Positions 19,297 through 28,910 of a stretch of DNA of 64,000 nucleotides are shown here, one piece after another; within the stretch, counting starts at the first letter, position 1; the number at the start of each line of letters is the position of its first letter. A program made the position numbers and the translations under genes. Below the pieces are notes generated by a model. That model had not been told where the DNA came from. It did not search any database and saw only the letters and a program-made list of their open reading frames with translations. The DNA is from Acutalibacteraceae bacterium. Its GTDB lineage: Bacteria > Bacillota > Clostridia > Oscillospirales > Acutalibacteraceae. The stretch covers positions 12,799-76,798 of the forward strand of contig JAZUQH010000049.1 of assembly GCA_045605605.1 (NCBI GenBank), read 5' to 3'.

Positions 19297-19332
19297 AAAA
19301 ACGCAAAGCAGAATTTACTGCTTTGCGTTTTT
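19297..19332. terminator. bidirectional terminator (licD / symporter convergent)
   Basis: AAAACGCAAAGCAG-AATTTA-CTGCTTTGCGTTTT perfect hairpin with a T-run. Confidence 0.75.
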
Positions 19333-19358
19333 ATTATACAATGTTATTTAGATAAACT

Positions 19359-20942
19359 TTAAAGTGCTCTCAAGTAAGGAATAACCCAGAATACAAGCAA
19401 TTCTACTGTTACTAATGCTCCAAAAATCATAAAAGCAACAAGCGAACGTTTAGTTTTCTTTAGTTCTTTTTCATCCGTCTCTGCCTCTGGAACTATGAAT
19501 AGCTTTTCACGCTCAGCCTTTTCTTCATCAGTAGGCTGAGTGAGGGCTGAACCAATCACTAAGCCGAGTATGTTTGCAACCAAACCTACCACGAATGAAT
19601 CAAGATAAATTGGCAGTGAAATTCCGCCTACCGCGCTTATAATCTTCATAGCTGCGCAGCCGATGAAACCGCAAAGCATACCTGCGAAAGCGCCCGTCTT
19701 GGTAACACGCTTACTCCAAACTGATGCGATGCATACAGGGAACCAAGAGCATACAACAACAGTACCGCTAAGAAGAAGAATAACATATATCTGGGGAGGA
19801 TTAAAGTAAGCCAACAGCATAACAAGAATGCATATTACAAGAATTGCAATTCTGCTGTAACGTAGCTTTTTTTTATCCTCATCAACCGCTACGATATCAT
19901 TAGCTATAGAGGAACCGATAAGTGATAGGAATGTAGTAGCCGATGAAATACCCGCTGCAAGTACGCCGGTAAGAGCAACTACGCCAAGCACTGTTGGCAC
20001 CATATTCATAACGGCCCAAATCATTGAGTGTACAGGACTTGGAATAACATCACTATACACGGTCAAAAGAGCACCTGTAGTGGGAATAAAGAATTCCAAT
20101 GCCGCTACTATAACAGCTGCCCAAACAGACGAACGAACAACCACGTGCTCATTTTTTGCCATTAAATAACGGCTGGACTGCCACGGTGCTACAGCACATA
20201 CTGCGGTCCAGGTAAGACCTGTCATTATAGCCCATGCCATATTTTCGGCACCTGTGGGATAAAGATAATTTAAATCACCGCTCCAGGAAAGTAATACCTC
20301 ATTTAACTTTGTAACATTTTCCACTGCAGTATTCCAACCGCCAAGCTTTCCGATTATAATACCAACCGATATTAAGGAAGCAACCGTGAAAACACTAAAC
20401 ATAAGGGTATCTGTTATTAAAACGCCCTTTGAACCTGAAGTAATAGTCAGAACTGCAAATGTGACAAGCGCCAATAATACGCAAATGTTATAATCAACAC
20501 CTGTTACATAATTCATCAGAGTGCCTATTCCCTGCATAACCGAAAGTAAATAAACAGTCATAGTAATAATAGCTGTAATAGCTGCCAGTATTCTCAAGGG
20601 TTTGGAATTGAATCGGCGACCAAAAAATTCAGGGATAGTAACTGCTTCGCTTCTGCGTAAATATTTTCCAAAAAATACGCTACCAAGCACATAACCTCCT
20701 ACCAGCATCATTACCGTCATCATAAACGGGCTAAACAAACCGCCGTATGCTTCGCCTACGTCTCCCATAAATAAACCCGTTGAGCAATAAGAAGCTACTA
20801 ATGAACCCACAATAAGTAAGGTTGGCGCCTGACGACCTGCTACAAAGAAATCGTTAGCATTTTTTACGCCTCGACTAATAACAAGTCCTAACACCACATA
20901 TAAAATCATAGAAATGACCATACCAATAAAGTATGCGTTCAT
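19359..20942 (-). CDS. sodium:solute symporter (SSS) family transporter
   Basis: 527 aa with about 13-14 TM segments. The N-terminal pattern (...FFVAGRQAP...) is typical of SSS transporters. Confidence 0.8.
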   Translation of the reverse strand: MNAYFIGMVISMILYVVLGLVISRGVKNANDFFVAGRQAPTLLIVGSLVASYCSTGLFMGDVGEAYGGLFSPFMMTVMMLVGGYVLGSVFFGKYLRRSEAVTIPEFFGRRFNSKPLRILAAITAIITMTVYLLSVMQGIGTLMNYVTGVDYNICVLLALVTFAVLTITSGSKGVLITDTLMFSVFTVASLISVGIIIGKLGGWNTAVENVTKLNEVLLSWSGDLNYLYPTGAENMAWAIMTGLTWTAVCAVAPWQSSRYLMAKNEHVVVRSSVWAAVIVAALEFFIPTTGALLTVYSDVIPSPVHSMIWAVMNMVPTVLGVVALTGVLAAGISSATTFLSLIGSSIANDIVAVDEDKKKLRYSRIAILVICILVMLLAYFNPPQIYVILLLSGTVVVCSWFPVCIASVWSKRVTKTGAFAGMLCGFIGCAAMKIISAVGGISLPIYLDSFVVGLVANILGLVIGSALTQPTDEEKAEREKLFIVPEAETDEKELKKTKRSLVAFMIFGALVTVELLVFWVIPYLRAL

Positions 20943-21043
20943 TATTTTTTACCTCCTTTAAAGTCTTTGCTTACCCTGACATAGCACAGGATTCCAATCG
21001 CAAGAAGATAAGCACCAAGGAAAATAGAAATAATAATTTCCAT
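20942..21043 (-). CDS. 33-aa single-TM peptide translationally coupled to the symporter (not in ORF track)
   Basis: The minus-strand ORF encodes MEIIISIFLGAYLLAIGILCYVRVSKDFKGGKK. A GAGG sits 8 nt upstream of the ATG at 21043. Its TAA stop overlaps the symporter ATG (TAATG, sharing base 20942). Confidence 0.5.
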   Translation of the reverse strand: MEIIISIFLGAYLLAIGILCYVRVSKDFKGGKK

Positions 21044-21080
21044 ACGAACAACCTCTTTTCTTTTTTTTCAATATTAGCTT

Positions 21081-22847
21081 TTAATCATCTGATAATGAAT
21101 AAAATTCTTTTTGATAACGCTTAAATACGCTAAGATATTTGAGCATTAAATCAGAATAATCATTGCCGTGCTTAACCATATAAAGTGCCCATATATACCA
21201 ATAATAAAATGACACGGCTGCACAGCCTACTATGTGTCTACGCTCTGTAAAGGTAGGCTTACGCTCAAAGTAAAAGGATAACCATTTATCTATATCCTTA
21301 CCTACTGCATCGTTTTTGACAAATAACTTGCAAAGATCGTATCCTATATCCGTATCGCCGGCATATTCCCAATCTATTAAGTAGAGCTTATCGCCTGAAA
21401 TAAGTAAATTATCTTCATATAAATCATTATGCACCATCTGAACAGGCCAACCGTCAGCCTTTATGATATTATCGATTTCTTTAATGCTGTCTAACTGTTC
21501 AATTCCAATTTGATAAGCCTCTTCATCGATAACCTTTATACCTTTGAGAAGTTTATTGGCTTCCTTCATATAGTCCATCGGCTTACCGCAAGTCAGAGAA
21601 ACCTGATATAAGCTTCTCAGCGCTTGACAGAGCATTTTCACATGATTAGAATTAGAAAAATCGAAAGCATCAGTCACATCGATAAAATGTGATATTTTCC
21701 AGCCCTCTTCTTCATCAGCATAGATGTAAGAATCATCAATTCCTCGCTCTTTAGCGTTGCTTAAGGCCTTTTTTTCACATTTTCTATCCAACCATTCGGA
21801 TGAAATGCTTCCTGGGTTTCTATAAACGTAACTCTGTCCGTTACAAATAAATTTAAACGAACTGTTAGTATATCCTTTTTGTATTGGGCGAATCTCGTGT
21901 ATATCATCAGGATTACAGTTAAGAGTAGTGCATATGTTTTTCGTTAATGAAATACTGTTATACTTGATATAGTCAGGGTCAAAAGCTTCCAACTCTGCCA
22001 CCGAATCAAATTCCATAACCTGTTCAGATGTATAGCGTTTTTCATACAACGGTAATTCATCGACGTGTTCTGCATATACCTGTTCCCAATAAAGTCCTTC
22101 CGAACCGGGAGTATCATACATATCTTCTAATATTACCCTGAATTTATCGCTGAATTCGCGGTTAAAATATGCATAACCGTTCATTACCCACTGGTCAACT
22201 GCTGGACGCTGAGTGGCTGTTATGAGGCCGTTTTTATCTGTAAACACGCCTCTTTCCCCTCGCAATACGCCTTCCATATACAAAGTGGAGTATAGAGAAT
22301 GTGGCTCGTACTTATGAAATACTGATTTTGGGAAATAGTTATCAGCGCAGCATATATAACTTTTTTTTAAATACTCTCTGGAGAAATACAAGCTTGAATG
22401 AGTATTCTTATATCTATATTCTTCATTAAGCACAATTTTCACATTAAATTTATCTACCAGATAAAGAAATTTCTCCATCATGTGACCTAACACAATAATA
22501 ATTTCTTCTACTCCGGCTTCTCTCAATTGACGTATTTGACGTTCTATCAGCACTTCACCCTTTACAACCGTTAAGCCCTTCGGCTTTTCATACGAAAAAG
22601 GAACAAATCGAGTGCTCATACCTGCCGCAAGAATAATAGCGTTTTGAACCCTGTAGCCTTCCATTTTTTCAAGACCTTTTTGAGTAACACTATAATCATC
22701 GGTAATATATAATGATTCCTGTAGTTTTGCTATAGTTTTATTAACAGTGCCTAAAGAAAGCTCTATAGATTCAGCAATCGTTCGTTGGGTTTTTCCGCCT
22801 TTGTTTTCGCAAATATAACGTAAAACTTCGAACTCATTTTTATTCAT
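21081..22847 (-). CDS. wHTH - LicC (CTP:phosphocholine cytidylyltransferase) - LicA (choline kinase) fusion protein
   Basis: 588 aa with three regions. The N-terminus has an HTH (QRTIAESIELSLGTVNKTIAKL). The middle has an NTP-transferase motif (AIILAAGMSTRF). The C-terminus has choline/ethanolamine kinase motifs (HNDLYEDNLLI and LIDWEYAG). An AAGGAGG RBS is present. Confidence 0.8.
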   Translation of the reverse strand: MNKNEFEVLRYICENKGGKTQRTIAESIELSLGTVNKTIAKLQESLYITDDYSVTQKGLEKMEGYRVQNAIILAAGMSTRFVPFSYEKPKGLTVVKGEVLIERQIRQLREAGVEEIIIVLGHMMEKFLYLVDKFNVKIVLNEEYRYKNTHSSLYFSREYLKKSYICCADNYFPKSVFHKYEPHSLYSTLYMEGVLRGERGVFTDKNGLITATQRPAVDQWVMNGYAYFNREFSDKFRVILEDMYDTPGSEGLYWEQVYAEHVDELPLYEKRYTSEQVMEFDSVAELEAFDPDYIKYNSISLTKNICTTLNCNPDDIHEIRPIQKGYTNSSFKFICNGQSYVYRNPGSISSEWLDRKCEKKALSNAKERGIDDSYIYADEEEGWKISHFIDVTDAFDFSNSNHVKMLCQALRSLYQVSLTCGKPMDYMKEANKLLKGIKVIDEEAYQIGIEQLDSIKEIDNIIKADGWPVQMVHNDLYEDNLLISGDKLYLIDWEYAGDTDIGYDLCKLFVKNDAVGKDIDKWLSFYFERKPTFTERRHIVGCAAVSFYYWYIWALYMVKHGNDYSDLMLKYLSVFKRYQKEFYSLSDD

Positions 22848-23007
22848 TGAACCAACCTCCTTAGTTTGTTCATTTTGTGGTTAAAACACCTAAAAAATGA
22901 ACACGATAATAAAAAAAAACAAATGCTAATACAATTATCCATTATCTTGACTATACAATATTTGGTTTAAAAAGTCAATCTTTTTTTACTTGTGTGCAAC
23001 CCAATAA

Positions 23008-23049
23008 AACAATAAGCGAAAACCATTCTTGTAGTTTTCGCTTATTGTT
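23008..23049 (-). terminator. terminator after bcp
   Basis: AACAATAAGCGAAAAC pairs with GTTTTCGCTTATTGTT in a 16-bp hairpin. A T-run follows on the minus strand. Confidence 0.7.
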
Positions 23050-23050
23050 C

Positions 23051-23503
23051 TTATATAAATTCAAGTATCTCTGAAGCATTTGTATCCGGCTTTACCTTTG
23101 GCATAATTTTTTGGATATTTCCCTTTTCATCAATAATAAAGGTTGTACGCACAACACCCATACTCACCTTGCCGCACATCTTCTTTTCCTGCCACACATC
23201 ATAAGCCTTTATAGCCTTAAGCTCCGGGTCAGAAAGAAGAATAAAGGGAAGATTATGCTTTTCGGCAAACTTTATATGACTTGCCACGCTATCCTTACTG
23301 ATACCTATTACCTCTACATTCCTTTTCTTAAACTCAGAGTAAAGTCCTGCAAAGGCGCACGCCTGACGGGTGCAACCCGAAGTATTATCCTTAGGATAGA
23401 AATATAAAACTACCTTTTTACCTAAAAAATCTGAAAGCGAAATACTCTTTCCGTTTTTATCCTCAAGGCAAAAATCGGGAGCCTTCATATTGATTTCCAA
23501 CAT
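23051..23503 (-). CDS. bcp: thioredoxin-dependent thiol peroxidase (Bcp-type peroxiredoxin)
   Basis: 150 aa with VVLYFYPKDNTSGCTRQAC, the peroxidatic Cys motif. Confidence 0.85.
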   Translation of the reverse strand: MLEINMKAPDFCLEDKNGKSISLSDFLGKKVVLYFYPKDNTSGCTRQACAFAGLYSEFKKRNVEVIGISKDSVASHIKFAEKHNLPFILLSDPELKAIKAYDVWQEKKMCGKVSMGVVRTTFIIDEKGNIQKIMPKVKPDTNASEILEFI

Positions 23504-23515
23504 TTTTATTCCCCT

Positions 23516-24433
23516 TTATTTTGTTAAGTACTCTTCGGCAAAGTGAACTGCCACCGCCCCATCAGCCACGGCGGTTACCACCTGACGAAGCGCTTTAGTT
23601 CTCACGTCACCTACTGCATAAACCCCATCTATATTTGTTTTTGTGGATTCATCGGCAATAATATATCCATAGGCATCAATATCTATTTTACCTTTTAAAA
23701 TCTCCGTGGCGGGAGCTCTGCCAATGCTTACAAAAACACCGTCGCAGTTAATTTTGCTTTCTTTTTCGGTTTTTAAATTTTTAACCGTAACGCCTGTTAC
23801 TCTGTCCTCGGTTATAAGCTCTGTAACTACGCTATCCCATATAAACTCTACGTTTTCTGCCTTTAGCAAGGGCTGGTGATATATTTGGGTAGCCTTTAGC
23901 TTATCTCTTCTGTGAACTAAATAAACCTTTTTGCAAAGTCTTGAAAGATATAGGGCATCTGCTGCCGCAGAATTGCCTCCGCCCACAACTAAAACAGTTT
24001 TATCCTTATAAAATCTGCCGTCACAGTGGGCGCAATAATGCACTCCTCTTCCTGTAAACTCAGTCTCTTTATCTAATCCGAGCATTTTAGGGTTAGCCCC
24101 CGTGGCAATAACCACGGTTTTTGAATAAAGCTCGTCCTCATCGGTTTTTACGGTTTTAATTTCCCCCGATAGATCGATATCTACGACCTCGCCGTAATGA
24201 GTCGTAGCGCCGAATTTTTCTGCGCCGGTCTGCATATTCATACCAAGTGTAAAGCCATCTATTCCCTCAGGGAAGCCTGGATAATTATCTATATCCCCCG
24301 TAAGCGCCATCTGACCGCCTGCCGAAAGTCTTTCAACCACCAAAGCATCGAGTCCCGCTCTTGCGGCGTATAGGGCAGCAGTATAGCCTGCAGGACCACC
24401 ACCTATTATAATCATATCATAAATGTGATTCAT
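23516..24433 (-). CDS. trxB: thioredoxin-disulfide reductase
   Basis: It has the IIIGGGPAGY FAD motif, the CAHCDG redox-active disulfide, and VVGGGNSA. The start is placed at MNHIYD (24433), behind AAAGGTG. Confidence 0.9.
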   Translation of the reverse strand: MNHIYDMIIIGGGPAGYTAALYAARAGLDALVVERLSAGGQMALTGDIDNYPGFPEGIDGFTLGMNMQTGAEKFGATTHYGEVVDIDLSGEIKTVKTDEDELYSKTVVIATGANPKMLGLDKETEFTGRGVHYCAHCDGRFYKDKTVLVVGGGNSAAADALYLSRLCKKVYLVHRRDKLKATQIYHQPLLKAENVEFIWDSVVTELITEDRVTGVTVKNLKTEKESKINCDGVFVSIGRAPATEILKGKIDIDAYGYIIADESTKTNIDGVYAVGDVRTKALRQVVTAVADGAVAVHFAEEYLTK

Positions 24434-24468
24434 AATAATTGACACCTTTGACAAATAAATGTATAATA

Positions 24469-24774
24469 CTATTTAATTAAGGCAAGTATCTGCGCTTTAG
24501 GTCTCGCTCCTACGCTACTATTGATTATTTTGCCTTTTTCTACTACGAAGATAGAGGGTATGCTTGATACGCCGAATTTAGCGGCAAGCTCACCTTCTTC
24601 ATCTACGTTAACCTTACAAACAGCAATATCGGGATTCTCATCTGCTATTTCGTCCACCAAAGGAGAAACCATTTTGCAGGGTCCGCACCAATCGGCATAA
24701 AAATCTATAAGCACCTTTTTATCGCCGTTTATTATTTCTTCAAAATTATCCTTATTAAGTTTTATTGCTGACAT
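24469..24774 (-). CDS. trxA: thioredoxin
   Basis: 101 aa with the WCGPC active site. Confidence 0.92.
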   Translation of the reverse strand: MSAIKLNKDNFEEIINGDKKVLIDFYADWCGPCKMVSPLVDEIADENPDIAVCKVNVDEEGELAAKFGVSSIPSIFVVEKGKIINSSVGARPKAQILALIK

Positions 24775-24848
24775 ATTATTAACATCCTTTCTTTTTATCT
24801 ATATTTATTTTACCCTAAATACAAACAAATTTCAATAGTGAGGTAACT

Positions 24849-25406
24849 ATGAAAAAATTAAAAAAGCTTTTTGAGATTTTCCTTGTGTTTTTCCGCATAG
24901 GCGCCTTCACCTTTGGCGGCGGATACGCAATGATTCCCCTCATTCAAAAAGAAACTGTTGAAAACAAAAAATGGATAACCGATGATGATATCTTAGAGAT
25001 TGTAGCTATCGCTGAATCCACACCGGGCCCTATTGCCATTAACTCATCTACATTTGTAGGCTACCGTGTGGCAGGCTTCTGGGGAGCCTTTTTCGGCACT
25101 CTCGGTACGGTTCTTCCCTCCTTTACCATCATTCTTGTTATTTCCTTTGTTCTTAAAGAATTCGGTGATTTAAAGGCTGTTAAATATGCATTTGAGGGTA
25201 TAAGAGCGGGTGTTTTAGCGCTTATTATAAAGGCGCTCGTGACTATGTATAAAAAGGCGCCTAAAAATCTTGTAGCTTATATCGTTATGGCGCTTTCCTT
25301 TATACTTGCCGCCTTTACAAATATAAGCGTACTTTATGTTATAATCATTTGCGCCTTTTTAGGTCTTAGTTCCTCCCTTATGGCTGAAAGGAGGGCTAAA
25401 AAGTGA
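24849..25406 (+). CDS. chromate transporter (CHR) family protein, short-chain half 1
   Basis: FRIGAFTFGGGYAMIPLIQKE... and ESTPGPIAIN are CHR motifs. Confidence 0.8.
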   Translation: MKKLKKLFEIFLVFFRIGAFTFGGGYAMIPLIQKETVENKKWITDDDILEIVAIAESTPGPIAINSSTFVGYRVAGFWGAFFGTLGTVLPSFTIILVISFVLKEFGDLKAVKYAFEGIRAGVLALIIKALVTMYKKAPKNLVAYIVMALSFILAAFTNISVLYVIIICAFLGLSSSLMAERRAKK

Positions 25407-25981
25407 TTTTTCTCAAATTATTTCTGACCTTTTTTAAAATCGGTCTTTTCACCTTTGGCGGCGGATATGCAATGCTTCCCTTAATTCAGGCTGAGGTTAT
25501 AAATAACGGCTGGATGGAAGAGAGTGCTATTATAGATTTTATTGCCGTCAGCGAAAGCACGCCAGGTCCTTTTGCTATAAATATTTCTACCTATATCGGC
25601 TCTGTTATGGGTGGAAACAGCGTTTTAGAAAGCATTTTAGGCTCCTTTTGCGCCACCCTTGGCGTAGTGCTTCCCTCTTTTATAATTATCCTTATTGTTG
25701 CAAGATTCTACGATAAGTTTAAGGAAAGCCATGTGGTAAAGGGCTGTATGGCAGGACTTAAGCCTGCCGTTGTGGGACTTATAAGCGCCGCCTTTGTTTC
25801 TATGGCTATGACGGTTTTCTTCCCCTTAGGCTTTTCCCTTTCGATATTTAAAGATGCTTCCATTTATATATCCCTTGCGATTTTAGGTATCGCCCTTGTG
25901 CTTTCCTTCAAAAAGGTGCATCCCATTATAATAATTTGTATGTCAGCGGTTTTAGGAATAGCGGTAGGATATCTCCTCTAA
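25403..25981 (+). CDS. chromate transporter (CHR) family protein, short-chain half 2
   Basis: FKIGLFTFGGGYAMLPLIQAE... and ESTPGPFAIN. It overlaps half 1 by 4 nt. Confidence 0.8.
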   Translation: MIFLKLFLTFFKIGLFTFGGGYAMLPLIQAEVINNGWMEESAIIDFIAVSESTPGPFAINISTYIGSVMGGNSVLESILGSFCATLGVVLPSFIIILIVARFYDKFKESHVVKGCMAGLKPAVVGLISAAFVSMAMTVFFPLGFSLSIFKDASIYISLAILGIALVLSFKKVHPIIIICMSAVLGIAVGYLL

Positions 25982-25988
25982 AAAATAT

Positions 25989-26019
25989 AGGCTTGAGGTT
26001 AAACCTCAAGCCTGTTTTT
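25989..26019. terminator. bidirectional terminator
   Basis: AGGCTTGAGGT pairs with ACCTCAAGCCT, followed by a T-run. Confidence 0.7.
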
Positions 26020-26033
26020 ATGCTTTATTGAGC

Positions 26034-26822
26034 TTAGCCATCTATACTTGTGATAATTGAATCACTGCCCATAGCCTCGGGAAGCTTACCGTCCCATTTT
26101 TCATAGAACTTTGAGCGAATAACATTATCATCAAGGGAGGCTCTTACCTTGTTATTGGCATCTGCCTCTGCCTCTGCCTTAATTCTGGTGGTTTCGGCCT
26201 CGGCTTCTGCGTTTGTAATAGCAGTCTGCTTTTCCGTCTCCGCCTTTAAAAGCTGCTGCTGAGCAACCTGCTTTTCCTCAATAGCAGTAATGAACGCCTC
26301 TGAGAAATCGAAGTTAATGATATTAACATCAGTTATGTAAAGACCGATATTATTAAGCTTTTCATTAAGACCCTTTATAAGCCCGTCTGAAATAAGGGAA
26401 CGGTTGGTAACGCTTTCCTCGGCAGTATATTGAGCGGTTATTGCCTTTAAAACCTCGTTGACAGCGGGAGCTACCAAGACCTCTTCATAATTAGCGCCGA
26501 TATTTTTATAAATACTATACGACTTAGAGGTATCAACACGGTAGTTTATAGCAAGGGTTGTCTGGACGGTCTGAAGGTCCTTTGAAAATGCCTCGGTATC
26601 AACCTCAAGCTTTACAATTCGGTTATCAATCTTAACTACCTTTTGCACAAAGGGAACCTTTAAATGCATACCCTCCTGCAAAACTCCCTCATTAACCTTA
26701 CCAAGCGTTACCACAACGCCGGTATGACCTGCATCTACAATAGTAAAAGCATTGGCGGCAACTGTAATAACAAACAGCGCAGCAACGAGTATAATTACTA
26801 AAGTTTTAATTTTCTTTGTCAT
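26034..26822 (-). CDS. prohibitin/SPFH (band 7) family membrane protein
   Basis: An N-terminal TM segment is followed by an SPFH domain and an Ala/Glu-rich coiled tail (AEAEAETTRIKAEAEADA). The start is placed at MTKKIK, behind AAGGAG. Confidence 0.8.
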   Translation of the reverse strand: MTKKIKTLVIILVAALFVITVAANAFTIVDAGHTGVVVTLGKVNEGVLQEGMHLKVPFVQKVVKIDNRIVKLEVDTEAFSKDLQTVQTTLAINYRVDTSKSYSIYKNIGANYEEVLVAPAVNEVLKAITAQYTAEESVTNRSLISDGLIKGLNEKLNNIGLYITDVNIINFDFSEAFITAIEEKQVAQQQLLKAETEKQTAITNAEAEAETTRIKAEAEADANNKVRASLDDNVIRSKFYEKWDGKLPEAMGSDSIITSIDG

Positions 26823-26951
26823 AAAAAACATCTCCTTTATTTGATTTTATCACACAAATATTTTGATATCAATATTTTTTTAAATATCTATTGAAAATTT
26901 CGTAAGCTTAGTGATAAAATAATACTATATTTTAAATGGAGATGTTTTTCG

Positions 26952-27878
26952 TTGACCTTGTGGATAATTTTGGGAATTATTGCCTTTTTAGCTCTTGCAG
27001 TGCTTGTAATTTCATATATTTGCTTTCGTATGGCATTTTTCGCTAACCGAAAAAAGCAGAAAAAGGGCTTTACTATGCCCGTTGGGAAAATATACGAAGA
27101 GCATAGCGATGTTATGAGAACGTGGGCAGAAGAAGTAAAGCAAATGCCCTATAAAAAGTTTTCCATAACCTCTTTTGATGGGCTTATGCTTTGCGGCAAA
27201 TACTATGAATATTCCCCCGATGCCCCTATAGAGCTTATGTTCCACGGCTACAGAGGAAGCGCCGAAAGGGACCTTTGCGGCGGAGTTCAGCGCTGCTTTA
27301 AGCTTGGTCACAGCGCATTTTTGGTTGACCAACGCACCAGTGGGGATAGCGAAGGGAACGTTATAAGCTTCGGCGTAAATGAGAGAAAAGACTGTCTTAA
27401 ATGGATAGATTTTTTAATAGAGCATTTTGGTAAGGATGTAAAAATCATCATCTGCGGAATTTCAATGGGCGCCTCCACAGTGCTTATGGCAGCAGGTGAG
27501 GAATTGCCCGATAATGTTATCGGCGTTCTTGCCGACTGCGGATTCAATAGCGCCAAGGATATTATTAAATCGGTAATTGAAAAGATGGGGCTTCCTAAAA
27601 ATATCGCTTACCCATTTGTAAAATTAGGCGCCAGAATTTACGGCGGCTTTGATTTGGAAGAAACCTGCGCCGAAAAGGCGCTTAAAAACTGCAAGGTGCC
27701 CGTAATACTTTTCCACGGGGATGCAGATGATTTTGTACCCGCCGATATGAGTAAAACAAATTACGATGCCTGTCCCACAAGAAAACAGCTTGTAAATATT
27801 AAGGGTGCAGGCCACGGGCTTAGCTATGTAATAGACCCTGATTTATACCTTGATTCCTTAAAAGAATTTTTTGCATAA
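26952..27878 (+). CDS. alpha/beta hydrolase with N-terminal membrane anchor
   Basis: It has the GISMGAS nucleophile elbow, an HGDADDFVP segment, and a C-terminal GAGHG. It uses a TTG start as in the track. Confidence 0.7.
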   Translation: MTLWIILGIIAFLALAVLVISYICFRMAFFANRKKQKKGFTMPVGKIYEEHSDVMRTWAEEVKQMPYKKFSITSFDGLMLCGKYYEYSPDAPIELMFHGYRGSAERDLCGGVQRCFKLGHSAFLVDQRTSGDSEGNVISFGVNERKDCLKWIDFLIEHFGKDVKIIICGISMGASTVLMAAGEELPDNVIGVLADCGFNSAKDIIKSVIEKMGLPKNIAYPFVKLGARIYGGFDLEETCAEKALKNCKVPVILFHGDADDFVPADMSKTNYDACPTRKQLVNIKGAGHGLSYVIDPDLYLDSLKEFFA

Positions 27879-27891
27879 AACAATATATTAT

Positions 27892-27930
27892 AAAGATAAG
27901 CTCCGAGAGCAAACCTCGGAGCTTATCTTT
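27892..27930. terminator. bidirectional terminator
   Basis: AAAGATAAGCTCCGAG pairs with CTCGGAGCTTATCTTT in a 16-bp hairpin. Confidence 0.7.
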
Positions 27931-28774
27931 ATTTCTTATAATTGATTTGAAATTTTTTTGGTGTTATGCCCGTTTTAGCTTTAAAAATTCGAATAAAATA
28001 ACTAACGTCTGTAAAGCCCAGACGATTTGCAACATTGCCCACTGAGCCTTCGCCGTTTTTAAGCATTTTTCTGGCTTTTTCTATACGAATATCAAGTATA
28101 TATTCGCTTACTCCCTTGCCAAAATTCTGCTTCCAAAGATTATAAAGGGCACTGCGGCTTATGTTAAACTCTTTACATATAGAAGATACCGACAACTCTT
28201 CACCGATATTTTTTTTAATATAACAATCTATCCTATATGCCAAATCTTCATTTTTAACGCTTATAAAATCCTTCATCCAAATATAATTTGAGCACATTTC
28301 AAGTAGGGTAGAAATTGAATTTATATAATCCTTCGACCTATATTTTATATTGCCGATTTTTTCATAAAGCGCCTCATTTTCAAAACCGTATTCCTCGCAA
28401 ATTCGGTCAGCAGCTTTATAGATCTCTCCCTTATCCTTATTATCCGTTATCTGTCCAAAAAGCATATACCCTAAAATAATATTATTGTAAATAATAGGGG
28501 TAGCAACCTCGGTAAGACCCATATGGCATTTATATACATAGGTTTCTCCTCTTTTTTTGCACTCCTCAAATGCCCTTTTATCGCATTCTATGCATTTTTC
28601 ATTTATATCTTTATTCTTTCTGATAAAAGAGCAAAATGCCCCTGCCTTTGATGATTTGGAATAAGAGCAAACAGAGTTTTTACCCTCGTCGTATATGTTT
28701 ATGGGTACCCTTGCTATATCAAAAAAGTATTTCGCCAAGTTTTTGAGCTGATTGATATCTCGGTCAAAAATCAT
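27929..28774 (-). CDS. AraC-family transcriptional regulator with PocR-like sensory domain
   Basis: The N-terminal Cys-rich region resembles PocR (CSFIRKN..CIECDKRAFEECKK..YKCHMGLTEV). The C-terminus carries an AraC HTH (SVSSICKEFNISRSALYNLWK). Confidence 0.8.
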   Translation of the reverse strand: MIFDRDINQLKNLAKYFFDIARVPINIYDEGKNSVCSYSKSSKAGAFCSFIRKNKDINEKCIECDKRAFEECKKRGETYVYKCHMGLTEVATPIIYNNIILGYMLFGQITDNKDKGEIYKAADRICEEYGFENEALYEKIGNIKYRSKDYINSISTLLEMCSNYIWMKDFISVKNEDLAYRIDCYIKKNIGEELSVSSICKEFNISRSALYNLWKQNFGKGVSEYILDIRIEKARKMLKNGEGSVGNVANRLGFTDVSYFIRIFKAKTGITPKKFQINYKK

Positions 28775-28910
28775 AATGCCACCACCTTTTATAAATTATA
28801 AAGCATTTTTGATTAAATTACAATAATCAAAAGTCCTATTTTTAAGAACTAAAATGGGTTTTTTTATTTTTGAAAAAATGTTATCCTTTTTAAAAAAAGG
28901 AGGAAATTTT

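Noticed and set aside
20933-21124. Plus-strand 63-aa ORF in the licCA-symporter junction.
   Set aside because: It is antisense to the end of the licCA gene and to the better-supported minus-strand 33-codon peptide. It has no RBS.
24849-25981. ChrA split by a frameshift (pseudogene).
   Set aside because: Both halves have their own start, RBS and a complete CHR-domain motif set (FGGGYAM.PLIQ, ESTPGP). Paired short-chain CHR genes with a 4-nt overlap are a well-known normal arrangement.
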